Shown piece by piece: positions 9,907 through 18,541 of a stretch of 64,000 nt of DNA. Within the stretch, counting starts at the first letter, position 1; every line of letters starts with the position of its first letter. The translations under genes and the position numbers were made by a program. Under the pieces are notes generated by a model that saw nothing but the letters and a program-made list of their open reading frames with translations, was not told where the DNA came from and ran no database searches. Source of the DNA: Smithellaceae bacterium. Its GTDB lineage: Bacteria > Desulfobacterota > Syntrophia > Syntrophales > Smithellaceae. Where the stretch lies: NCBI GenBank assembly GCA_963667845.2, contig CAXXVL010000001.1:32001-96000 (forward strand), given 5' to 3'.

Positions 9907-11286
9907 CTAGCGGTTTTCAGCGATGAATTTAATCGGCTTTACCATCTGTTCTTTGAGGATCTTCAAGAACTTTTTGCGAAACGGCGGAATCTTGGTGAGC
10001 GTCATCATCAGGGCGTTCATGCGCCGTATCTTGTAATTCTTCTGCGGAAAATCAAAAAAACCGTGTTTCTTGTAGTAGCGGTAATCGGCCTGAAACGTAA
10101 ACCGCAGCATTCCGTAAACCTCGTCGCGGAAAATCTTCCGGCCGCCGACGCCGAAGAACGTTGTGGCGTGGATATACCCCTCGGCAGCCGACTTTATCAG
10201 AGTGCCGGCCAATTCCTGGAGCAGCCGGTCAATTTCCGCGGAATCAGCCGCTTCATCCGTGACGATTCCCACCAGGTTTGCTTCCTGTCCTTCGCTATAG
10301 GCTTCAAGGATCTGGCGCAAGTTGGGTATTTGTCCAAGCGGTCCGGAAATCAGAAAGGCAATCTGTTTTCCTTTGAGGGTCGGCATATGGGTGTTGAAAA
10401 AAGAACGGTCGAAATACATCTTCCAGCGCGACGAGAGATACCGGTCGTGGATGGCGCCGGCAAAAACAACGATGTCCGCCTTTTTCACTTTCTCATTATA
10501 GAAGTCGATGTAGCCGTCCTTGCCTTCGTATTCGCAGATGTTGTCAAGCCCGCATTTACAGCAGCCCAGGCAGCCGCCCTTGATGTCGATATCCATCAGA
10601 TTGATGATCTCGGCGTCGCCGCGGAAGCTCCCCGCAAGCGACTGCACCAGCGCATCAATGCTTCCGGTAGGCTGCTGCCCGTCTTTCATGATCAGAATCC
10701 GCTTGCCCGCGGTATCGACACCCGCTGCAGACGTTCCGGCCTGATAGGTAAAACCTGATGCGACGAGCGGCGGATAGACGCGCATGGTCGGAATCCGACG
10801 CATGGCGGCGTCGGCAGAATTCCCGGCAAAGGCGATCCATCGTCTGCGTTCCTGTTGTTTCATCAGGTCATACATGGCTGCGGAATAAGCCCCCAGATAC
10901 TTCATCTGCAGGTCGTCGCAGATTCCATGGATGTAATTATGTGCGGTGTGATCAAAGAAATGGACCGACGTGGACAGCGACAGCGTGAATTTTCCGGCAA
11001 AAGCCGCTTCCTGCCCGCGCTCAAAGATGAGTTCGATAAACCGTTTATATTGCGAGCAGACAATCAGATAATACAGCGGAAACGACCACCACACAGCGTC
11101 CGCTTTTTTGACCGCGTCCAGGACATCGCCGAATGCCTTTTCATCTTTTTCGAGTTTCCGAATGGTCTGCGCAACATGAAAGATTTGAAAAGAGTGGTCG
11201 GGAAGTTTTTTGGCCGCAAAGCGGACATACTGGAGAGTTACGCTGAGATCCCCCTTGGGGCTGCCGTTCAAAACAACGATGTTCAT
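9907..11286 (-). CDS. Double-domain flavodoxin / iron-sulfur flavoprotein (NAD(P)H-dependent oxidoreductase)
   Basis: N-term LNGSPKG flavodoxin fold; second domain has the compact Isf-type Cys motif CLGCCKCGLDNIC and K.YFDR. Confidence 0.82.
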   Translation of the reverse strand: MNIVVLNGSPKGDLSVTLQYVRFAAKKLPDHSFQIFHVAQTIRKLEKDEKAFGDVLDAVKKADAVWWSFPLYYLIVCSQYKRFIELIFERGQEAAFAGKFTLSLSTSVHFFDHTAHNYIHGICDDLQMKYLGAYSAAMYDLMKQQERRRWIAFAGNSADAAMRRIPTMRVYPPLVASGFTYQAGTSAAGVDTAGKRILIMKDGQQPTGSIDALVQSLAGSFRGDAEIINLMDIDIKGGCLGCCKCGLDNICEYEGKDGYIDFYNEKVKKADIVVFAGAIHDRYLSSRWKMYFDRSFFNTHMPTLKGKQIAFLISGPLGQIPNLRQILEAYSEGQEANLVGIVTDEAADSAEIDRLLQELAGTLIKSAAEGYIHATTFFGVGGRKIFRDEVYGMLRFTFQADYRYYKKHGFFDFPQKNYKIRRMNALMMTLTKIPPFRKKFLKILKEQMVKPIKFIAENR

Positions 11287-11842
11287 GATACCACCATCCT
11301 TTCCGTTAACCGGTAATCGGTTTTATCCTGCTAAACTTCAGGCCCTCATGGACGAAACAGAGCCATCCGGGATGACGTCGACCGCGCCGGCAGAAAATTC
11401 CGTTCACGGCCTCCACATCACCAAATAAAAGAAGTTTGTTTCTTCAGGCGAATGAAATTCACGATCATGTCTGCCGGCGGGTGCATCGGGCGCGAGACCG
11501 ATACGTCCGCAGGGTTGGGGATTGACGAAAAAACAGCAAAACGATTGGTCGACCGTATCGACGGTGCCGTTCGCGGCTTTGTCCCAGTTTCGGTAAGCAT
11601 CATCCAATTGCCGAAACATCTTTGCTTTTGCTTTCGCGGGAGTATTTTTTATCTCTGCTGATATGCTTTTTTTCATGCTCACAAGGCCAGAAGATTCTTA
11701 TCGAATTCATCGCGGCGGGAAATATTCAATCGTTTTCTTCGTCTGTTCCGTCCTTCTGAAAGGCAAGCAGTTTGCGCAAGAAGTATATGAACATGATGCA
11801 GACGTGTCAAGATAATTCAAGGGAAATTCCGCGAGAAACTGG

Positions 11843-11871
11843 TTGACATCAAAGGCTGTTTTCCTTATAAT
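11843..11871 (+). promoter_or_regulatory. Consensus sigma70 promoter of usp gene
   Basis: Perfect TTGACA-17 nt-TATAAT. Confidence 0.85.
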
Positions 11872-11936
11872 CACCGCGAAACGTTGTCGTAAGCAATACA
11901 TCAATTTTTAATAAAAATACTGAAGGGTGGGGGAAA

Positions 11937-12335
11937 ATGATGAAAATATTAGTAGCCTATGTGGGTGGATCAGAAGTTGCCAACCCTGTTCTGGAAGTGG
12001 CCAAGAAGCACGCGAAAGCCTTTAATGCGACGCTGTTTATAGCCAGTTCCATGGAACGCGTATCGGAAAGACAACAGGTGGATCTGGAGAAGATCGAAAA
12101 ACAGCTCGCCTATGTGAAAGAAACGCTGGATGCCGAAGGGATTTCCTGCGAAACCCATATTCTCGTGAGAGGGCTCACACCCGGAGAGGATATTGTGGAA
12201 TTTGCGATTGACAGGAAGATGGACGAAATCATTATCGGCATCGAGAAAAAATCCAAGGTAGGGAAACTGCTTTTCGGATCCAACGCCCAGTACATCATTC
12301 TGGAATCTCCGTGCCCGGTGGTGTCGGTCAAATAG
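11937..12335 (+). CDS. Universal stress protein (UspA family)
   Basis: KILVAY, DEIIIG..KSKVGKLLFGSNAQ.IIL.SPCPVVSVK. Confidence 0.95.
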   Translation: MMKILVAYVGGSEVANPVLEVAKKHAKAFNATLFIASSMERVSERQQVDLEKIEKQLAYVKETLDAEGISCETHILVRGLTPGEDIVEFAIDRKMDEIIIGIEKKSKVGKLLFGSNAQYIILESPCPVVSVK

Positions 12336-12400
12336 ACTGGAGACAATTTCACGTCCCCGGCCGAATGGTTTGTCTTCTTTCGTCCTGACTTATCAAAAAT

Positions 12401-12439
12401 AAAGGCTTGCGCTCCTTCGAAAGAGCGCAAGCCTTTTTT
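12401..12439. terminator. Bidirectional intrinsic terminator
   Basis: AAAGGCTTGCGCTC-loop-GAGCGCAAGCCTTTTTT between convergent genes. Confidence 0.85.
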
Positions 12440-12466
12440 ATGGAATCCTCATTTGGGCCTGACCGG

Positions 12467-14167
12467 TTACTTCTTCCTCTTGGCCAGCTCTTCGGCTCTC
12501 AATTCCTTGCGCAGGATTTTGCCGACTGTGGATTTGGGCAATTCCTTGCGGAATTCTATTTCGGAAGGCAGCTTATAGGTAGCGAGCTTCGTTTTCCCGT
12601 ATTCAATCAGCTCTTCCGCCGTTGCCGTTTCTCCTTCTTTCAGAACGACGAACAATTTGATATTTTCGCCGCGCTTCGCATCGGGGATGCCGATCGAGCA
12701 GGCCTCCAGGACTTTGGGATGTTCGTAGTATGCTTCATCCACGTCGCGCGGATAAACATTGAATCCGCCGCTGATAATCATGTCTTTCTTGCGATCGACG
12801 ATATAGAAATAGCCGTCTTTATCCATGGTCGCGATATCGCCCGTATAGCACCAGCCGTCTCTGAGCAGGTTTGCGGTTTCCGTTGGCTGATTCAGATACC
12901 CCTTGGTTACCTGCGGGCCGCGGATGATCATCTCACCGGGCTCACCGATCGGCATATCGACTTCACCTTTATCCAGGTCGACGATGCGGCATTCGGTATC
13001 GGAAATGGGCAGACCGATCGAGCCGATTTTCCGCACGCCTTCGAACGGGTTGGTATGCGTTACGGGTGTCGTTTCCGTCATGCCGAAGCCTTCGACGATC
13101 ACCGCACCGGTTACTTTCTCAAAATCATGGATCACTTCCACGGGCAGGGGGGCGCTGCCGGAGAAGAAACCCTTGAAGCAGGTGAGATCGATCTTCTTAA
13201 AATCGGGATGATTCAGCATGCCGATATACATGGTCGGAACCAGAGCGCCGAAATTCGGTTTGAATTTCTTAATAGCTTCCAGAAGCGGCTCGGGCTGCGG
13301 TTTCGGAATGAGGATATCCCCCCATCCCATGAAGACGGAAAAATTCATTGCGCAGGACATGCCGAAGACATGGAAAATGGGCAGTGCACCCAGGTTGACA
13401 TGATGAGTACCCGTAAATCGCGGGAACCAGGCGCTGATCTGCTGCACCTGCTTGCTGATATTGCCGTGGGTCAGGATAACGCCTTTGGAGACACCCGTGG
13501 TGCCGCCGGTGTACTGATACATCGCCGTATCGTCAAAGGTTAGTTTTGCCTTGGGCGGGTTGGGCTGGGACTTGGCGATGCAGTCTTTCCACAGGAATAC
13601 GTCACTTGCCTGCTTCATGGGCTTTGCCGGCAACAGTCCCTTTTTCTTACCGACTAAGGGGAATAAAAGATTGACCGGAAACGGCAGATAGTCTCCAATA
13701 GACGTAATAATAATCTGTTTAACTTTTGTTTTGGGTCTCAGATCGATCATCCGGTTGGCCAGTAGATCGACCGTGATGAGGATTTTGGATCCGGAATCGT
13801 TGAGCTGATGCTCGAGTTCGCGGTCGGAATAGGTCGGGTTATTTAAAACTACAATAGCGCCAAGTCTATGGGTAGCGTAATAGGCCACGACACAGGGGAT
13901 CATGTTCGGCAGGATGATGGCGACGGCGTCGCCTTTTTTGATGCCCATGCCGGCGAGGCAGGTGGCGAAACGATCCACCATGTCTTTCAACGCTTTGTAG
14001 GTCATGATGTAGCCCTGGAAGTTCAGAGCCATGCGGTCAGGAAACTTAGCCGCTGATCGGTCCAGGATATCGGGCATGCAGATTTCTTCGTATTGAATTT
14101 TTTCAGGAACACCTTTGTCATAAGACTTTAACCACGGTTTTGACGCATAAGATACTTCTCCAGCCAT
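12467..14167 (-). CDS. Long-chain-fatty-acid--CoA ligase (FadD-like)
   Basis: YQYTGGTTGVSKG, EGFGMTE, TGDIA, DRKKDMII, LPKSTVGKILR. Confidence 0.95.
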   Translation of the reverse strand: MAGEVSYASKPWLKSYDKGVPEKIQYEEICMPDILDRSAAKFPDRMALNFQGYIMTYKALKDMVDRFATCLAGMGIKKGDAVAIILPNMIPCVVAYYATHRLGAIVVLNNPTYSDRELEHQLNDSGSKILITVDLLANRMIDLRPKTKVKQIIITSIGDYLPFPVNLLFPLVGKKKGLLPAKPMKQASDVFLWKDCIAKSQPNPPKAKLTFDDTAMYQYTGGTTGVSKGVILTHGNISKQVQQISAWFPRFTGTHHVNLGALPIFHVFGMSCAMNFSVFMGWGDILIPKPQPEPLLEAIKKFKPNFGALVPTMYIGMLNHPDFKKIDLTCFKGFFSGSAPLPVEVIHDFEKVTGAVIVEGFGMTETTPVTHTNPFEGVRKIGSIGLPISDTECRIVDLDKGEVDMPIGEPGEMIIRGPQVTKGYLNQPTETANLLRDGWCYTGDIATMDKDGYFYIVDRKKDMIISGGFNVYPRDVDEAYYEHPKVLEACSIGIPDAKRGENIKLFVVLKEGETATAEELIEYGKTKLATYKLPSEIEFRKELPKSTVGKILRKELRAEELAKRKK

Positions 14168-14576
14168 TTTAACTTCCCTCCTAAGTTTGGTTAAGACGAT
14201 GTGAATGAAGCAGACTATTTTGAACGCTGTCTTTTTTGTGATTAATTCCTGATCTTGATTCCTCCTCAGTATTGGATTTGATGCTTGTGTGAATAGAAAA
14301 TGAGTGCTTGCGGCCTCGGGCCGGAGTGACTTTTAGCAATTTTTTTTGGCAAAAGCCATAAAATATTCCTGCCGGGACGCGGCGGTCTTCATATCCGACG
14401 CTATTTCGAATATTTAGCTTTAATATTTTTTTTCAAGTGGTGTAAACATTGTTTCGGGTAATGCGCCGTGAAGGGTCCAAAGCAGGCTCAGCCCCTCGTT
14501 TTCTGTCTGCAAAACGCGGCCGCAAAGAGCTTGACAGAAGGATTTTTTTGAGGATAGTTAGAAAAATGGGGCGCTT

Positions 14577-14801
14577 ATGAAAAAGAAATCGCGAGATGTA
14601 GAAAAGACCTATTCGACGCCCGAATTTGTCGCCAAGCGTAGCCTTCTGGCCGATGCCCTGGAAACAGGCAAGCGCTTCACCATCGCGGTTGCGGGCGAGC
14701 GAATATCGGTACCTACCGGTGCTGCATTTAATGTGGAGCATGAACGGGACGGGAAGGACGAAGAAATTGAATTTCAGATCAAGTGGACCAATCCATCGTA
14801 A
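14577..14801 (+). CDS. Amphi-Trp domain-containing protein
   Basis: Amphipathic helix LADALETG, ERISVP, VEHE, C-terminal EEIEFQIKW. Confidence 0.8.
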   Translation: MKKKSRDVEKTYSTPEFVAKRSLLADALETGKRFTIAVAGERISVPTGAAFNVEHERDGKDEEIEFQIKWTNPS

Positions 14802-14833
14802 TCAAATAAAATGCCCGGACGCCCGCCATTCCT

Positions 14834-15478
14834 ATGACTGCATTTGACATTCACATTCACACCAGGAGATATTCCGGCTGCTCCTTTATTCAGTTTGAAG
14901 ATGTAATCGGACAGGCTGTGGCGGCGGGGCTTTCCGGAATTGCCCTAACCGAACACGGCATGCGGTGGCCGGATGCGGAGTTCGACGCGCTGTGCAGACA
15001 GGGCGACGCGCAGGGGATCGTGTTGATCAACGGGCAGGAAATTCATGCTAAAGATAAACGAGGACGTTCCGAAGGAGAATATCTGATATTTGGTCTTGGG
15101 CGCAGCGTGACTGAAACAGTTGCGGCGGCTGATCTGATCGAGACCGTCCATGCCGAAGGAGGCATCGTCATCGCCGCGCATCCCTACAAGCTGTCGCGCG
15201 GCGGCAGGTCGCACTATTATGGAGCGGGGAATCTGGTATATCAATTGAAGCTTGACGGCATTGAGTTGTGCCACCCCGATCATAATGAGCAGGCGTTGGA
15301 AAAAGTCCGGCGGGCGATGGAAGAGCTGCATATTCCGGGTACCGGCGGCAGCGACGCGCATAAAATTCTGAACATCGGTGCTAATGCCACATTGTTCCAG
15401 AATCCGGTGCGCAGCGAAGAAGACTTTATCCGTGAGATCCGCGCGGGCAGAATCCGCGCGGAAAAACGTGAAACGTGA
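14834..15478 (+). CDS. PHP-domain metal-dependent phosphoesterase
   Basis: DIHIHT, LTEH, GQE, AAHPY, GGSDAH. Confidence 0.9.
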   Translation: MTAFDIHIHTRRYSGCSFIQFEDVIGQAVAAGLSGIALTEHGMRWPDAEFDALCRQGDAQGIVLINGQEIHAKDKRGRSEGEYLIFGLGRSVTETVAAADLIETVHAEGGIVIAAHPYKLSRGGRSHYYGAGNLVYQLKLDGIELCHPDHNEQALEKVRRAMEELHIPGTGGSDAHKILNIGANATLFQNPVRSEEDFIREIRAGRIRAEKRET

Positions 15479-15504
15479 ATAGTGAATGGTGGATCGTGAA
15501 TAGT
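15468..15504. repeat. Heptamer tandem repeat (GTGAATA-like) x5
   Basis: GTGAAAC GTGAATA GTGAATG GTGGATC GTGAATA across the PHP stop codon. Confidence 0.75.
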
Positions 15505-15540
15505 AAAGAGAGGCAGCGTTTTGCAACGCTGCCTCTCTTT
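15505..15540. terminator. Bidirectional intrinsic terminator
   Basis: AAAGAGAGGCAGCGTT-TTGC-AACGCTGCCTCTCTTT, a perfect 16-bp stem between convergent genes. Confidence 0.88.
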
Positions 15541-15550
15541 GATTTGAGGA

Positions 15551-16318
15551 TTATTCGCCGACGAAGTTGGGTTCACGCTTCTGCAGGAAAGCAGTGATTC
15601 CTTCCACGGCGTCCTTGCTGGCGCCCAGCTTCTTCGACCATTCGATGTCTAACTTCAGCCCTTCGTCAAAGCCTTTGTCCAGCCCCACGTTCATGCCGTC
15701 GAGCACGGCGGCAACAGCCAGCGGCGGCCGTTTCGTCAGCGCCTGGGCAAATGCCGTTGCTTCGGTAATCAGGTCGGCGGCCGGGACCACTTTGTCTACC
15801 AGACCGATGGCCAGCGCCTCGGCGGGAGAAAGCCGTTTGCTGAAAAGGATCATGTCGAGGGCTTTGGGTTTTCCCAGAAGTCTGGGCAGTCTCTGAATGC
15901 CGCCCCAACCGGGCGTAATGCCGAGATTGACTTCGGGCAGCCCAATGAAGGCTTTGGGGTTGTCCGTCATGATGCGGAAATGGCAGGCAATCGCCGTCTC
16001 ACAGCCGCCGCCCAGCGCATGGCCGTTGATAGCCGCAATATAAGGTTTGGTGGAGCGCGAGATCGCGTTCATGATCTCATTGCCGTTGGGGCCCTTCGTG
16101 ATGTTCGCGATGTCGGAGACATCCATGCCGGCGGAAAACCCTTTCTCTCCGGCACCCGTGATGATGACGGCCCGCGTTTCCTTGCTTTTTTCGATCGCGT
16201 TCACGGCGTCAAAAAATTCTTCCCGGATGCCCAGGTTGACGGAGTTCATCGGCGGACGATTCAAAACGATGGTGGTTACGAAATCCTTGGTCGAGACGAT
16301 AATGTTTTTGTATTCCAT
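15551..16318 (-). CDS. Enoyl-CoA hydratase/isomerase (crotonase)
   Basis: FSAGMD, AAINGHALGGGCE, GLPEVNLGITPGWGG, EGITAFLQKR. Confidence 0.95.
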   Translation of the reverse strand: MEYKNIIVSTKDFVTTIVLNRPPMNSVNLGIREEFFDAVNAIEKSKETRAVIITGAGEKGFSAGMDVSDIANITKGPNGNEIMNAISRSTKPYIAAINGHALGGGCETAIACHFRIMTDNPKAFIGLPEVNLGITPGWGGIQRLPRLLGKPKALDMILFSKRLSPAEALAIGLVDKVVPAADLITEATAFAQALTKRPPLAVAAVLDGMNVGLDKGFDEGLKLDIEWSKKLGASKDAVEGITAFLQKREPNFVGE

Positions 16319-16404
16319 AAATTTTCTCCTTTCAGTGTTTGCCTATAGCCTTTTGGCTTCAGCCTTTGTTCTTTAATCTTTAACTAGAACCTTGAACCTT
16401 GAAC

Positions 16405-17283
16405 CTATTCCTTTCCCTGATGCACCAGCCGCACTCCCGGATGCGGCACTTCAAAATAAGGAACGCTGGCTCCGCCCAGGCTCCCGATAAATGCCGTCCG
16501 CCGGCCTTCGCCGCCGAAGCAGATATTTGCGGGGCGCCGGATCGTCACACCCTGCACGTCCTCAACGAATATTTCCAGTTTGCCGCACCGGTCGATAAAC
16601 CCGATCGCATTGGCCGCGGGAAACGCAACCCAGAGGTTGCCGGCTTCGTCGAAAGCGATGCCGTCGGGAAATCCGGCGGCACCCAGAACGGCAGGTCCAT
16701 AGACCTCCGCCGGGCCGACGCTGTCATCGGTGTTGATCCGGTAGCGCAGCACGCGGCGCTGCATGGTTTCGGCGACATAGACATACTCTTCGGCCGCATC
16801 CACAGCGACGCCGTTGGCAAAATAAATACCTTCGGCAACAATCTTCGGCGGCTTGCCCGGGGCAATCAGTACCAGGCAGCCATCCGGCACGGGTCGCTGA
16901 ATCGCGGCATCGACATCGGGGTTATCGGTCGAGTTCGAGATCCAGAGCCTATCCGCGAAATCCCAAAAAGGAAAGTTGGGTGTCGGCATGGGCCTTCCCT
17001 GGGCCTGTGTCATAAGGACGCTGTGATCGCCTGACGGCGCGAGGGACTGGACTTCGCCGTTGCCGATATTGGCGACAATGCAGTTGCCCAGAGGGTCGAG
17101 GCAAATCCCGTTGGGGAGTCCACCCAGGCAGCCGAAAAATGTCGTGCGGCCGTCCGGCGTGATGTGCGCACAGCGGCCATACGCGTCCGCCGTGTAAATG
17201 CTTCCGTCATCGAGGGCCATGATGCCTTCCGGGCGGGTAAGTCCCTTGCCGATCGTTTTTACTTCACATCCATTTTGTGCCAT
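16405..17283 (-). CDS. SMP-30/gluconolactonase/LRE family protein
   Basis: RPEG, PNG, FANG, FPDGIAFDEAGNLWVA, PANICFGG. Start taken as ATG 17283. Confidence 0.9.
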   Translation of the reverse strand: MAQNGCEVKTIGKGLTRPEGIMALDDGSIYTADAYGRCAHITPDGRTTFFGCLGGLPNGICLDPLGNCIVANIGNGEVQSLAPSGDHSVLMTQAQGRPMPTPNFPFWDFADRLWISNSTDNPDVDAAIQRPVPDGCLVLIAPGKPPKIVAEGIYFANGVAVDAAEEYVYVAETMQRRVLRYRINTDDSVGPAEVYGPAVLGAAGFPDGIAFDEAGNLWVAFPAANAIGFIDRCGKLEIFVEDVQGVTIRRPANICFGGEGRRTAFIGSLGGASVPYFEVPHPGVRLVHQGKE

Positions 17284-17285
17284 CC

Positions 17286-18467
17286 TCACATCCTTTCGAA
17301 AATAGTGGCGAGCCCCTGACCGCCGCCGATGCACAAAGAGCAGATGGCGTAGCGGCCCCCTGTGCGCCTCATTTCATTCACGGCGAAGATCGCGATGCGT
17401 GTTCCGCTCATGCCGTTGGGATGGCCGAAAGCGATGGCGCCGCCGTTGGGGTTGATCTTTTCCCGGTCCACCGTATGTCCCTGGGCTTCCAGCTCTTTAA
17501 CATCGGCCAGCACCTGGGCGGCAAACGCCTCGTTGATCTCAATGACATCCATGTCCTGCATGGTCAAGCCCGCGCGCGCGAGCGCCTTGGGTATGGCATA
17601 GGCGGGACCGATGCCCATGATCTTGGGGTCGACGCCGGCCACGGCGCAGGTGACCCAGCGGGCGCGGGGCGTGTAGCCCAGTTCTTTGGCCCGCGCAAGC
17701 GTCATGACGAGCACGGCCGCCGCCGCGTCATTGCGGCCGGAGGATGAACCTGCCGTAACAGTTCCGTCCTTAAGAAATGCCGGCGGCAGCGCGCCGAGTT
17801 TTTCCATCGTGGTTTCGCGCGGGTGCTCGTCGGTGTCGAAAATGATCTGCCCTTTTTTTTGCAGGACGGTGATGGGAATGATCTCCTCCTTGAAGTATCC
17901 GGCCTTGATCGCCCGGGCGGCGCGCTCCTGGCTTCTCATGCCGAAGGCATCCTGCTCATCGCGCGTCAGTTTGTACTTTTTGACCAGATTTTCGGCTGTG
18001 ATGCCCATGACCAGGGAGTCCTCGGGTGTCGGAGCGGTTTCGCGCCGGATGATCTGCGGCGGTGTCAGCGAATAGGCGGCATCCGCGCGCGGCAGCATCC
18101 ACGGCGTCTGGCTCCAGCTTTCCATGCCGCCCGCAATGTAGATATCTCCCAGGCCGGCCATGATCTGCGTCGCGGCAAAGTTGATGGCTTGAAGTCCGGA
18201 TGAGCACTGCCGTTCCACCGTAACGCCGGGAACGCTATAGGGCAGCCCGGCTTTGAGGACCGCCCAGCGGGAGGGGTTGTATGCGGCGTGCCAGGAATTG
18301 GACAGCCCCATGACCACATCTTCAATCAGGGCGGGATCGATGCACGTTTTGTCCACCAGTCCCCGGATCGCAAATGCCCCCAGTTCTTCCGGGCGAAAGC
18401 GGGCAATCGTCCCGCCGACGCGGCCGATAGCGGTTCGGACGCCATCTACGATGACAATTTCTTTCAT
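17286..18467 (-). CDS. Acetyl-CoA acyltransferase (thiolase)
   Basis: RTAIG, QCSSGLQA, NEAFA, GGAIAFGHP, SLCIGGG. Confidence 0.96.
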   Translation of the reverse strand: MKEIVIVDGVRTAIGRVGGTIARFRPEELGAFAIRGLVDKTCIDPALIEDVVMGLSNSWHAAYNPSRWAVLKAGLPYSVPGVTVERQCSSGLQAINFAATQIMAGLGDIYIAGGMESWSQTPWMLPRADAAYSLTPPQIIRRETAPTPEDSLVMGITAENLVKKYKLTRDEQDAFGMRSQERAARAIKAGYFKEEIIPITVLQKKGQIIFDTDEHPRETTMEKLGALPPAFLKDGTVTAGSSSGRNDAAAAVLVMTLARAKELGYTPRARWVTCAVAGVDPKIMGIGPAYAIPKALARAGLTMQDMDVIEINEAFAAQVLADVKELEAQGHTVDREKINPNGGAIAFGHPNGMSGTRIAIFAVNEMRRTGGRYAICSLCIGGGQGLATIFERM

Positions 18468-18541
18468 GACTTAAACTCCTTTCACGCAATATTTGCAGGG
18501 TTTCATAGACGGATCATGACCAAAATCCCCCCGGATGTCAA

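Noticed and set aside
11404..11682. 92-aa ORF on the minus strand
   Set aside because: No recognisable motif or clear RBS, and several overlapping short ORFs are equally plausible. It may be real but cannot be supported.
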